A stretch of 64,000 nt of DNA. Source: a virus. Its lineage: Duplodnaviria; Heunggongvirae; Uroviricota; Caudoviricetes. Both the position numbers and the translations under genes were made by a program. The notes beneath the pieces were generated by a model. That model did no database searches, was not told where the DNA came from, and was given only the letters and a program-made list of their open reading frames with translations. Positions 25,859 to 34,569 of this stretch are shown here, in pieces; positions within the stretch are counted from its first letter, which is position 1; every line of letters starts with the position of its first letter. Location of the stretch: the IMG/VR virus record IMGVR_UViG_3300024270_000011. One strand, given 5' to 3'.

Positions 25859-27292
25859 TTACTCCTCCCCATTTTCCTCTGCTACATCCTGAGCCTCTTC
25901 CATATCAGGCGCAACAGCGTCGGCCTTGATGATGCCCTCGAGCACCTTGAAAGAGAAGTTCTTATGCTTGTAAGCGCAGAACTTAGGTCTGTTGACGATT
26001 CTTACAACTACGCCCTCACGAACGTGGGTCTTACCGATTGGGTCTGGACCATCGTAGAAATCTTCTGCAATCTTACGAACATACTCACCAGCGTCAACCA
26101 CCTGTAGAGAACCTACATCGTCAGGCAACTGGTAGAACTCAGGGATGATGAACTGGGCAAAAACTGGGACAGTCTTAACGCCCATCTGCTCACAACGATA
26201 ACGCATGAAGTCAGGAGTGTACTCAACCACATCGCCATCCTCGTTGGTCATAGTCATTCTGTAGACATAGATATCAGACTGAGGCACAGTAGTTTCGATT
26301 TCGAAGTTACCCTCTGCATCTCTACCGTACATAGTCTTCTTTCCAGTTGGAGAACAACCATAAGAGAAAGTAGTAGTCTTTCCGTACTGCTTTACGAAAT
26401 CCTTATCGTTCAGCTTCTTGTTATCAGCGTCGCCCATGATAGGTGCGCCAGAAGTAGTGAAGCCAACTACCTCATAGTAAACAGTCTCGCCCTTATGGAG
26501 CTTGCCATCGAAGAACTTGGAGTGCTGCTCACGGAACTCGTTAGAACCGTAATAGCCACCATCAAAGTCTGCAAGGATAACTCTACGAGTACCAGATACA
26601 GAACCCCAGTTGTACTGTGCCACACCCTCACGTCTCAAGATACGGTCCATAAGAGTTCTTTTATAGCCATTGAAACGAGGCAGGTTAGCAGTACGCTGAG
26701 AAGTGCCGTGCATCTTCAAGGTAATCTCAACGAGGTCACCAGGCTTGAAAGCAGACAAGTTGTAAGCCAACTGCTCAGTATCTGCGTGCTCCATGAACAG
26801 AGGTGCCACAGGCACTTTCTTCTTGCGGGTACGGTTACCCTCAGGAGTGTTAGAGCGAGTCTTGTTGTTTCTCTTAGGGATATACTTGGTGCAGATATCG
26901 TGACCGTTTACCACGTCGATAGTATCACCAATTTTCAAATGATTTTCTGCCTTATCGTTCTCGCCGTAGCAGTAGTCCAAGCAAGACAGAGGCAAGAAAA
27001 GTCCATCAGACTTCTCACCACGCAGACGAATAGTAGTAACATTTCTCTTATCAGGGTCCATGTAACCGCCAATGTTGTTACCATTCTCGTCCTTTTTACG
27101 GAGCAAGTTGTTCTTCTCCGCGAACTCTACAGAAAGCTGTCCATCAGTTGGGAAGTATACGCCGACCTGGTCAGCAACATACTCCATGCTTACACAGACA
27201 GTGTTGCCAAAGCACTCAGCCAACTGAAGTCTATCAGCATTTGGGTGCTTACGCAAATTCTTTAGAGTAGTAACATAAGCTACATATGCCAT
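25859..27292 (-). CDS. ATP-dependent RNA ligase with N-terminal tRNA-binding (EMAP/Myf-like) domain
   Basis: 477 aa. N-terminal LKNLRKHPNADRLQL OB-fold tRNA-binding-like domain. Nucleotidyltransferase motif I KMHGTS and ligase-like downstream motifs. Plus ORF 26495-27265 is its shadow. Confidence 0.6.
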   Translation of the reverse strand: MAYVAYVTTLKNLRKHPNADRLQLAECFGNTVCVSMEYVADQVGVYFPTDGQLSVEFAEKNNLLRKKDENGNNIGGYMDPDKRNVTTIRLRGEKSDGLFLPLSCLDYCYGENDKAENHLKIGDTIDVVNGHDICTKYIPKRNNKTRSNTPEGNRTRKKKVPVAPLFMEHADTEQLAYNLSAFKPGDLVEITLKMHGTSQRTANLPRFNGYKRTLMDRILRREGVAQYNWGSVSGTRRVILADFDGGYYGSNEFREQHSKFFDGKLHKGETVYYEVVGFTTSGAPIMGDADNKKLNDKDFVKQYGKTTTFSYGCSPTGKKTMYGRDAEGNFEIETTVPQSDIYVYRMTMTNEDGDVVEYTPDFMRYRCEQMGVKTVPVFAQFIIPEFYQLPDDVGSLQVVDAGEYVRKIAEDFYDGPDPIGKTHVREGVVVRIVNRPKFCAYKHKNFSFKVLEGIIKADAVAPDMEEAQDVAEENGEE

Positions 27293-28200
27293 TATTCGTT
27301 TTCTCCTTCCACATTTTCTTCTTTCACTACGATTTCCTCAGCAAAAGTAGGAACAGTGAAGTTATCGCTGAGGTAACTAACTTCCTTGTCTCCGCCATAA
27401 ATCTTAAACTTCCAAGACATATAAGGCTGGTTCTGAGAGCTTGCACGACGAATACGCTTTGCAACATTCTCAGGCTTCATCTCAGTTAACTGAGCCTTGT
27501 TGTTCTTGGCTACTTCTTCATAAATCCAGTTCATGCAAGCATCCATAGTTTCATAAACTTCCACAATAGTATTCTTACGCATACGAGCGATATGAGGAGT
27601 AGAAGGTACTTCTACCTTAGGCTGAACAGGCTTAGCCACTTTCTTAGGCTTCTGATATTCAGGGAAAGGACACTCTTCAATTTCGCCCTCTGCATTTATG
27701 TATTCAAATACTTCCTTGAGGAATTTTGCGTCCTCAAGTGCATCGTGGCTCTGTTCAACAGATTCAACACCACGATAATGAGCCAGAACCTTAACCAGAC
27801 CAATAGGCTTAATCAAACCAAAATGCTTCTTCACGGAAGTCGCATAATCGTTCAAAGCCATGCCAATCATAGAGAGGGCGGCCTGAGCTTCAAAATTTAT
27901 ACTCTTACTTAAATTCTTTCTAACGAAGTCAATGTCAGAATTGCCATAGCAATAGAACTCAATGTTCGTATCGCCTTTAAGCCACTGATAAAAAGAGGAA
28001 AATACTTCGTCGGACGAAGGTGCGTTATTAACCATCTCCTGCGTAATGCCGGTCAGATTGATGATGAAGTTGGTAAGTTTCTTGTCTGCCTTAACATAAG
28101 ACTTGAACTCTTCTCCGTCCTCACGAACGCATCCGATTTCAATAATTTCATTGCTAAACTGAGTAGCTTCAAAGTCCACGAAATATTTCATAATTATCAA
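27292..28200 (-). CDS. DEDD-family 3'-5' exonuclease
   Basis: 302 aa. Exo motifs FVDFEAT (Exo I) and HDALEDA (Exo III). Confidence 0.65.
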   Translation of the reverse strand: MIIMKYFVDFEATQFSNEIIEIGCVREDGEEFKSYVKADKKLTNFIINLTGITQEMVNNAPSSDEVFSSFYQWLKGDTNIEFYCYGNSDIDFVRKNLSKSINFEAQAALSMIGMALNDYATSVKKHFGLIKPIGLVKVLAHYRGVESVEQSHDALEDAKFLKEVFEYINAEGEIEECPFPEYQKPKKVAKPVQPKVEVPSTPHIARMRKNTIVEVYETMDACMNWIYEEVAKNNKAQLTEMKPENVAKRIRRASSQNQPYMSWKFKIYGGDKEVSYLSDNFTVPTFAEEIVVKEENVEGENE

Positions 28201-28232
28201 TTCCTTTCATTTCTTCATTTCTTTATATATAT

Positions 28233-28261
28233 ATTATAACATATTTTTTAAGAAAAATCAA
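28233..28261 (-). promoter_or_regulatory. SigA-type promoter module
   Basis: TTGATT-N17-TGTTATAAT. Confidence 0.65.
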
Positions 28262-28293
28262 AAAAGATAAAAAGGGCCGTTGTTAGCGGCCCT
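28262..28293 (-). terminator. rho-independent terminator
   Basis: GGGCCGTTGTTAGCGGCCC hairpin plus a T-run on the minus strand. Confidence 0.55.
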
Positions 28294-28855
28294 TTGTGTA
28301 GTTCTCATATATTTCTTTCATCTGTTCACGCATATCTTCAACCCAGCCTTTTCCACCATGACTCCAGAATCGAGTTCCGTCCTCATTTTCGGCAACAAAA
28401 GCCACAGGGTCTTCGATGGAAGCGCACCCCCAAGGGGCCGGCGCAATTCCTACCAGAAAAATATCATTTTCTACGCAATCAGAGTTCATTACATAAAAGT
28501 CTACTCCAACCCATGCGTTCCACATTTCATGGTAAGCATCGCCCACATCATACATATCATTGAACAAACCCAGCAAATTCAGCTGATTTTTGCTATTGGT
28601 TAAATCAAACTGCTTAACATACCACGCATCGCGCTCCTGCCAAGAAGTTTCTCTATCTAATTCTGTAATATTTTCAACAAGGTGACCGTATACATCAGCC
28701 TTACCATCACCTTTATAAATTGTCGTGCAGAGATGTGTAGAGCCGGGTTCGTCAGAGCATTTGTATCCACGATACTCAACTCCAACAATACCCTCTTCTA
28801 CTGGAATCCACACGGAACGAGGTGCCCCGTACATATTTAACTCCTTATGTATCAA
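28283..28855 (-). CDS. hypothetical protein
   Basis: 190-aa ORF. Confidence 0.45.
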   Translation of the reverse strand: MIHKELNMYGAPRSVWIPVEEGIVGVEYRGYKCSDEPGSTHLCTTIYKGDGKADVYGHLVENITELDRETSWQERDAWYVKQFDLTNSKNQLNLLGLFNDMYDVGDAYHEMWNAWVGVDFYVMNSDCVENDIFLVGIAPAPWGCASIEDPVAFVAENEDGTRFWSHGGKGWVEDMREQMKEIYENYTKGR

Positions 28856-29877
28856 GCAAGAGCTTCGTGAAGCATCTTGCTGCGAATAGGATTGCGCAAT
28901 TTGCGCAGAGCCTTGGTTTCAATCTGGCGAATTCTCTCACGAGTTACACCGAAGTGCTGACCGATTTCCTCAAGAGTACGAGGCTTATCGTCCTCAATGC
29001 CGAAGCGCAGCATCATAACTTCTTTCTCTCTCTGAGAAAGAGTATCGAGAACCGCAATTACCATTTTCTTGTTGTCCTCAAGAATAATGGAATCACCAGG
29101 CATTTCAGCAGAATGGTCAGCAACAAGGTCGCCCACGGTTGCATCATCTTCGTCGTTTACTCGATTATCGAGAGACAGGGGGTCTCTATTAGCTTCGAAC
29201 AAGAACTTAATCTTATCAGCAGAAACGCCCATTTCAGAAGCGATTTCCTCGATAGAAGGCTCTCTTTCGAGTTCCTGAGTCAACTTACGAATTGCTTTGT
29301 TCATCTTAGCCGCTGTTTCGACCATATGAACAGGGATACGAATAGTTCTGCTCTGCTCCTGGACTGCACGACCGATAGTCTGACGAATCCACCAAGTAGC
29401 ATAGGTAGAGAACTTATAGCCCTTGGAAGGGTCAAACTTGTCAGCAGCTTTCATCAAGCCGATGTTACCTTCCTGAACCAAGTCCATGAAAGTCATACCA
29501 GCATGACCGATATACTTACGAGCCACAGAAATTACGAGGCGAAGATTGTGCTCAACCAGTTCGTTCTTTGCAGATTCATCACCTGCAACAATACGCTCAC
29601 CGATTGCCTTTTCCTGTTCAAAAGTGAGTAGAGGAATTGCACCAATCTCACGCATATACAGTTTAACAGAATCAGTCAGAGGAGCATTGCTTGCATCCCA
29701 GTCAGCAGCAGCCTCTTCCTCTGCGTTGTCGACGATAACATCTACGCCAGCTTCTTCCAGAAGAGCGTAAACCTGGTCGAGTTCGTCTTCCTTAAAAACC
29801 TTCTCAACCTCAGATTCATTGATTACATTGTTGTTCTTTACTGCTTTAGAAATCAAAACATTCAATCTTTTCTGCAT
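28852..29877 (-). CDS. sigma-70 family RNA polymerase sigma factor (primary-like, regions 1.2-4)
   Basis: 341 aa. Region 2 YATWWIRQ, region 3 and a region 4 helix-turn-helix. Plus ORFs on the opposite strand are shadows. Confidence 0.85.
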   Translation of the reverse strand: MQKRLNVLISKAVKNNNVINESEVEKVFKEDELDQVYALLEEAGVDVIVDNAEEEAAADWDASNAPLTDSVKLYMREIGAIPLLTFEQEKAIGERIVAGDESAKNELVEHNLRLVISVARKYIGHAGMTFMDLVQEGNIGLMKAADKFDPSKGYKFSTYATWWIRQTIGRAVQEQSRTIRIPVHMVETAAKMNKAIRKLTQELEREPSIEEIASEMGVSADKIKFLFEANRDPLSLDNRVNDEDDATVGDLVADHSAEMPGDSIILEDNKKMVIAVLDTLSQREKEVMMLRFGIEDDKPRTLEEIGQHFGVTRERIRQIETKALRKLRNPIRSKMLHEALA

Positions 29878-29930
29878 AGATACCGTCTCCTATTCCCATT
29901 AAATACTTTATCACTTTTTCTTACATATAT

Positions 29931-29959
29931 ATTATAACATATTTTTTTATAAAAGTCAA
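29931..29959 (-). promoter_or_regulatory. SigA-type promoter module (TTGACT -35)
   Basis: TTGACT-N17-TGTTATAAT upstream of the sigma-factor gene. Confidence 0.65.
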
Positions 29960-29980
29960 GTGCAATCGGGAGGACTACAA

Positions 29981-30862
29981 TTAGTCCTCCTCGTTGCCAG
30001 TATTCTGGAATGAAAATTCGGGATTTTGGTCCCAAGTGTGGTCATCTTTGTCAAGTTCAGAGTAGAACATTGGAGATTTATCCAGCCACCACTCGTTGTT
30101 CCAGGTCTTCTGACCATGCCAACGATTCCATACAGTTTCCATATCTTCGTATTCCCAGTAGAACTGTTCTACACAAGGACGCTCAATACGGTCAGCATGG
30201 AAATGACCGAAACACCAAACTCCGAAACCAATATGCTTGCGCAACTCATCCATCCACAGCTCCATACCAGTCTCTACGGTAGTCTGGTCTACACAACCAA
30301 GGAACAAGTCAGTAGGCTCCCAAGAGAAAGGACAAGTGTGAGTGAAAACGAAGTCGTACTCCTTGTTAGCAACCTTATTGCCGATTGCTTCCATTTCCTC
30401 CGCGGTTAGCTGTTCGTCCTTAAACCAGCCAGAGAAGGACTGCCCGGCCGCAGCCGCACGCTGCAAACGCCAATACTTATCAACAGAGTAAGCACCACCA
30501 ATAGTCAAAACAGAATGCCCATTGATATTGTACTCGCCGCCGTCCATAAAGTAGCGAATGTTTGCGTTGTCCGGGTCCATGTAAACATTACCCTGAACAT
30601 CTTCATCCCAAGCTACCTCATAACCGAGATTCTCAGGACGCTCTTCGTGGTTACCACGCACGCAGTAAACGCGCATGCCCCACTTAGACAGTTGATGTTT
30701 CTTTTTCTTTTCGCTCTTATTACAGTAGAAATTAACGCCTGCATCACCAAGGATGATGACTGCGGTTTCGCCTGGTGTATATTCTACGTTGCGAGCAATG
30801 TTACCAAGACGAGTATCGACTTGACCATGAGTGTCGCCAGTCAAAATCCATTTAGTAATCAT
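29981..30862 (-). CDS. metallophosphoesterase
   Basis: Motifs GDTHG, GDAG, GNHE. Start set at MITKWILTGDTHG. Confidence 0.65.
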   Translation of the reverse strand: MITKWILTGDTHGQVDTRLGNIARNVEYTPGETAVIILGDAGVNFYCNKSEKKKKHQLSKWGMRVYCVRGNHEERPENLGYEVAWDEDVQGNVYMDPDNANIRYFMDGGEYNINGHSVLTIGGAYSVDKYWRLQRAAAAGQSFSGWFKDEQLTAEEMEAIGNKVANKEYDFVFTHTCPFSWEPTDLFLGCVDQTTVETGMELWMDELRKHIGFGVWCFGHFHADRIERPCVEQFYWEYEDMETVWNRWHGQKTWNNEWWLDKSPMFYSELDKDDHTWDQNPEFSFQNTGNEED

Positions 30863-30864
30863 AG

Positions 30865-31152
30865 TTAATCTCCTTTCATAGAACTCCATACGACAGAAAT
30901 CCAAACTGTCAGACTTCCATCTTCTTCAATTTCATATTTATCTATCACATCGTTAAGATAGTAGCTATCCCCGTCGACACTCTCCAATTCCTTGCCGGTC
31001 CAGCGGCAATAGCCATAGAGCATATCAGGCTCCATGTCAGGGAAAGGAGAGTTGCAACGATACATAATGTCGACAGGTTTATTATTTACGAGCAAATCTC
31101 TTAAAAAAGTCATACCATTTCCTCTTTTTCTTAAGCTCGCGCGCAACCGCAA
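30865..31152 (-). CDS. hypothetical protein
   Basis: 95-aa ORF. Confidence 0.35.
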   Translation of the reverse strand: MRLRASLRKRGNGMTFLRDLLVNNKPVDIMYRCNSPFPDMEPDMLYGYCRWTGKELESVDGDSYYLNDVIDKYEIEEDGSLTVWISVVWSSMKGD

Positions 31153-31939
31153 TCTTCATGATGTTGTAAGAAACATCTTCCAGAAGGTCACGCATTGCAG
31201 GGTCTTCTTCATCCTTCTTGCCTTCGCAGAATGCGTCAGCGATCGCTACGGCGTGGTCTAAGTATTCCTTAGCCTCGACGCGCGCAGTTTCCAAGTCGAT
31301 TTTATCAAGGAGTTTGTAATCCATGATTCTTTCTCTCTTGGTCTCAGTTGGATGTAGGCAGCTCAGATAGCTCTCGCCGTTGATGTATCTTTCCAGATAG
31401 TCGTCAACACGGATTAAGTGAGATACCTGCTTACCATCGTAGCCATATTTATCGATGATGTCTGCCTTAGTAGGATATCTGTGCTCCATTGCATGGTACT
31501 TCTCAAGAGCGATACCTTTCATAGACTTAACCGCACGATGGACATTCATTCTTGCGATTTCTTCTCTCTTGGCTACGAGTCTCTGCCACTGTTCTACATA
31601 CATAGGGTTTACGATGTAAAAATCAGTGAACAGAATTTCGAGGAAGTTAAGGTTCTGTTTACGGAAAGTTTCCATATACAGGCGCACGTCCTTCCAGTCA
31701 GTATGCTCGTCATTTGCGCGAACATGAGTGGTAGACACGGGCTTTTTGTTTAAGCACACATCTTTGAAACTTGGTACGACGATGAGCTTAGTGTCGACAT
31801 CAGAGCCCTCATAGTCCAGACCATAGTTCTGGGAACCCTGCAGGAAAACGCCAACAATCTGCTCTTCGGGGAAATACTGCAGGGACTCATCATAATGTTC
31901 CTGCAATCTTTGAAAAATTAACTTTTCTCTCTGAGCCAT
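31082..31939 (-). CDS. Pol-beta superfamily nucleotidyltransferase
   Basis: GSQNYGLDYEGSDVDTK (GS-x9-DxD) catalytic motif. Start set at MAQREK. Confidence 0.55.
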   Translation of the reverse strand: MAQREKLIFQRLQEHYDESLQYFPEEQIVGVFLQGSQNYGLDYEGSDVDTKLIVVPSFKDVCLNKKPVSTTHVRANDEHTDWKDVRLYMETFRKQNLNFLEILFTDFYIVNPMYVEQWQRLVAKREEIARMNVHRAVKSMKGIALEKYHAMEHRYPTKADIIDKYGYDGKQVSHLIRVDDYLERYINGESYLSCLHPTETKRERIMDYKLLDKIDLETARVEAKEYLDHAVAIADAFCEGKKDEEDPAMRDLLEDVSYNIMKIAVARELKKKRKWYDFFKRFARK

Positions 31940-31940
31940 T

Positions 31941-32228
31941 TTAACACCAGCTTTCTTCAAAATCTTTCTTGTGAACAAATTCGATAAGACCTTGGTTATT
32001 ACCAATCAGCATAACCTGAAGAATAACAATTTCTTCAGCCATGCGGTGGTCCATATTCCAAGTCGTAGGATTGTTTACATTGAATTCTCGGTTATCCCAC
32101 TTCAGTTCGCGCAGAATAATCTGGCTCTTGGGATGGGATTTGCGGAGAGTGCCGCTAACTGCATTTACATTGTAGTTGAAGTGGGCGCCACCCACATGAA
32201 CATTAGTAGAATCAAACATAATTACCAA
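31941..32228 (-). CDS. hypothetical protein
   Basis: 95-aa ORF. Confidence 0.35.
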   Translation of the reverse strand: MVIMFDSTNVHVGGAHFNYNVNAVSGTLRKSHPKSQIILRELKWDNREFNVNNPTTWNMDHRMAEEIVILQVMLIGNNQGLIEFVHKKDFEESWC

Positions 32229-32279
32229 CCTCCATATCGAATATAAACACTTAACATAGATAATCCCAGTAGCACCAAA

Positions 32280-32654
32280 CTACCAAGGATAAGGATTAGA
32301 CATTCCCTTGTTTTCATAACGCATCACCTTTCCGTGCTTTCCAAGCTGTTGCATTGTAGAAATCATATTCTGGGTGCCTTTGGATTTTCCATCCCAAAAA
32401 GCTACAAGGAAATCTGCATATTCTGCCATTTGTCTATTGCGCGCGTGGCCGGCGTAATTCCCTAATCCATCCCAATCTGCAGGGAAATACTTTACGGGGA
32501 TGCCGTTAATCTGCGCCCACTTCTCACCCAAAGAATCTGCCCCTCGAGCGCCGCCGCAAACTACTTCTGACACAATAATATTCAGACTTTTCATCATTTC
32601 GGAGAGATAATCATAGTTATCGAAATCTCTGCCACCAGCAATTATTACTTTCAC
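32280..32654 (-). CDS. SLOG/DprA-like domain protein (DUF2493/YspA-like)
   Basis: 124 aa. VIIAGGRDF...GGARGADSLGEKWA. Confidence 0.55.
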   Translation of the reverse strand: MKVIIAGGRDFDNYDYLSEMMKSLNIIVSEVVCGGARGADSLGEKWAQINGIPVKYFPADWDGLGNYAGHARNRQMAEYADFLVAFWDGKSKGTQNMISTMQQLGKHGKVMRYENKGMSNPYPW

Positions 32655-32688
32655 TATTTATTTTCTCTCCTTTCACTTTTCTATATAT

Positions 32689-32717
32689 ATTATAACATAT
32701 TTTTATTAAAAAATCAA
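32689..32717 (-). promoter_or_regulatory. SigA-type promoter module
   Basis: TTGATT-N17-TGTTATAAT. Confidence 0.65.
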
Positions 32718-32746
32718 AAAAGCCCTTATGGTTTACATAAGGGCTT
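32716..32746 (-). terminator. rho-independent terminator with conserved TTATGGTTTACATAA loop
   Basis: AGCCCTTATGGTTTACATAAGGGCT hairpin. Same loop as the terminator at 11751-11775. Confidence 0.55.
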
Positions 32747-32750
32747 TTGG

Positions 32751-33020
32751 TTACTCCAGACGACCTTTGAAAGGTTTATTATCATCTTCATCATTTTCTT
32801 CAATCATATCTTTAATGAATTCGTCGATAAAGGTATAGTCGCCATCTTTGTATTTTTTAACTAAACTATGCGCTACTGGGAACAGTAGAACGAATACTCC
32901 CACCCATGCGAGCCACCAGCTAATCAAAGCGAGTAGAGAAAATAGACCCATAATCACCAGAGAAGCGAGAGCCGCAATGCCCATAGCTGGGAAAATATGT
33001 TTATCAAATTTCAACTTCAT
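32751..33020 (-). CDS. small membrane protein
   Basis: 89 aa, two TM helices. Confidence 0.45.
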   Translation of the reverse strand: MKLKFDKHIFPAMGIAALASLVIMGLFSLLALISWWLAWVGVFVLLFPVAHSLVKKYKDGDYTFIDEFIKDMIEENDEDDNKPFKGRLE

Positions 33021-33049
33021 GCTATCAGCTCCATTTTTATCTTTATTAT

Positions 33050-33078
33050 ATTATATCAAATTTTTTAGAAAAAGTCAA
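33050..33078 (-). promoter_or_regulatory. SigA-type promoter module (TTGACT)
   Basis: TTGACT-N17-TATAAT. Confidence 0.55.
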
Positions 33079-33124
33079 TAAACAAGAAAAAGGGAGAACG
33101 ATACGAAATCGTTCTCCCAGTTCA

Positions 33125-33526
33125 TTAGGCTTTAGGTGGCTTGTTAACATTAACAGCAGCTTCAATCTGCTGAGTGATATACTCATTCAAGTCGCCAACT
33201 GCATTCTCAAGATATTTCTTAGCTTCGTCATTAAGAATTGCCATAACAGCATTCTTTGTCATATTGAAAGCAGTCTTCTGAGCCTCGGCGTCAAATTTAC
33301 CAGCCGCCTTAAGTGCTTCGACATATGTCTGGTTTGTTGCAATTACACAGTTTTCAATGGTAACAGCAAGCATATTGATGTACTTGTCTGCGAGGTCATT
33401 ATCAACCTTACCAGTGATTTCTGCGCTCTTAACTTGGATAAATTTAACAATATACATTGTTAAAACACCAAGAAGAGGAAGCACACAAACTTCGAAAATG
33501 TCAGATAAAAGTGCTAACCAATCCAT
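33125..33526 (-). CDS. hypothetical protein
   Basis: 133-aa ORF. Confidence 0.45.
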   Translation of the reverse strand: MDWLALLSDIFEVCVLPLLGVLTMYIVKFIQVKSAEITGKVDNDLADKYINMLAVTIENCVIATNQTYVEALKAAGKFDAEAQKTAFNMTKNAVMAILNDEAKKYLENAVGDLNEYITQQIEAAVNVNKPPKA

Positions 33527-33554
33527 AATATTACCTCCATTATTCGGTTTATTA

Positions 33555-33583
33555 TATTATACCATAAAATTAGCAAAAAGTCA
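33555..33583 (-). promoter_or_regulatory. SigA-type promoter module (TTGACT)
   Basis: TTGACT-N17-TGgTATAAT. Confidence 0.55.
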
Positions 33584-33606
33584 AATTGGGGAGAAAGAGC
33601 CTCCCC
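33584..33606 (-). terminator. terminator hairpin
   Basis: GGGGAGAAAGAGCCTCCCC hairpin immediately upstream of the promoter -35. Confidence 0.45.
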
Positions 33607-33612
33607 ATAGAA

Positions 33613-33837
33613 TTAGTCCTCTAATTCAGCAACAGACTCAAGAACTTTATCAGTAAAAGCCTTGAAATCTGCGTCAACATCAGCCTTGTGGAGTGCGAAG
33701 AGTGCGTGGTCTTCAACAGAAATGCCGATGTAAATATTCTTCTCACCATTGTAAGAAGCAGTAAAAGTAGCAATAACCTTGTCAGCAACAACGGAACTAC
33801 CAGCAAAATTTACACTACAACTATCCATTCTAAGCAT
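33613..33837 (-). CDS. hypothetical protein
   Basis: 74-aa ORF. Confidence 0.4.
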   Translation of the reverse strand: MLRMDSCSVNFAGSSVVADKVIATFTASYNGEKNIYIGISVEDHALFALHKADVDADFKAFTDKVLESVAELED

Positions 33838-33939
33838 ATCAAGTTCCTCCTTTTAGTTCAAAAATTTCCCAACGAAATTTTTATTTCAGGTTTTCGGTCT
33901 TTGCGCCCATCTCCGGTCGGCGCAGACTCGTAGATTTTA

Positions 33940-34224
33940 TTACTCAACTTCTCCCTCATTTGCCACCTCATCTTCAACAGGGTTTTCTGTTAGAGTTTCA
34001 GGCACAACTGGAGTTGTCTCTTCTGGGGTCTCCTCGACTTCTGGAGCTTCTTCAGCAGCGGCCGCAACCTCTACAAACTCGTCTTCAATAGCAATGAAAA
34101 CTTTTTCAGAATTAGCATCAAAAGCTAAAGTACCAGGTTCAACTCCTGGGTATTCCTCAAGCTTTAAGCTATCTCCAAGAACCATATGAGAAGAGCCACG
34201 ATTGTAAAGAATTAACTCGTACAT
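33940..34224 (-). CDS. hypothetical acidic protein
   Basis: 94-aa ORF. Confidence 0.4.
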   Translation of the reverse strand: MYELILYNRGSSHMVLGDSLKLEEYPGVEPGTLAFDANSEKVFIAIEDEFVEVAAAAEEAPEVEETPEETTPVVPETLTENPVEDEVANEGEVE

Positions 34225-34247
34225 TTTGGTTCCTCCTTTTTACGTAA

Positions 34248-34280
34248 TAAAAAAGTAAGGTGCGTTACAAACACCTTACT
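34248..34280 (-). terminator. rho-independent terminator
   Basis: GTAAGGTG...CACCTTAC hairpin plus a T-run on the minus strand. Confidence 0.5.
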
Positions 34281-34298
34281 ACTATATATCTTTGAAAA

Positions 34299-34514
34299 TC
34301 AAATCAAAGGTTTTATTTTATTTTGTCCAACATTAAACTCCCAGTTTTCGAGTACAGCTTCAAGAGAACTATAAGGACACCAATTTCCACTTTTTCTGTC
34401 GTGCAAACAAATACACCAACCGTAAATCTGTCGAATCTGCGTGCTCAGTTCATATACCTCACCATGACGGAATCCGCAAGACCCATCCTGACCAATAAAT
34501 CTACCTTTTACCAT
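34299..34514 (-). CDS. hypothetical protein
   Basis: 71-aa ORF. Confidence 0.4.
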   Translation of the reverse strand: MVKGRFIGQDGSCGFRHGEVYELSTQIRQIYGWCICLHDRKSGNWCPYSSLEAVLENWEFNVGQNKIKPLI

Positions 34515-34522
34515 ATTTCCTC

Positions 34523-34552
34523 CTTAAACAGAAAAAAGCGGCTCACATTTCT
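34523..34552 (-). terminator. rho-independent terminator after Ro60-like gene
   Basis: GCGGCTC...GAGCCGC hairpin plus a T6 run on the minus strand. Confidence 0.55.
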
Positions 34553-34569
34553 GCGAGCCGCGGGATTTC

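Noticed and set aside
29955-29990. GAGGACT...AGTCCTC hairpin as a terminator
   Set aside because: No T-run follows on the minus strand, and the hairpin overlaps the last codons of the 29981-30862 CDS. Kept only as a possible RNA stability element.
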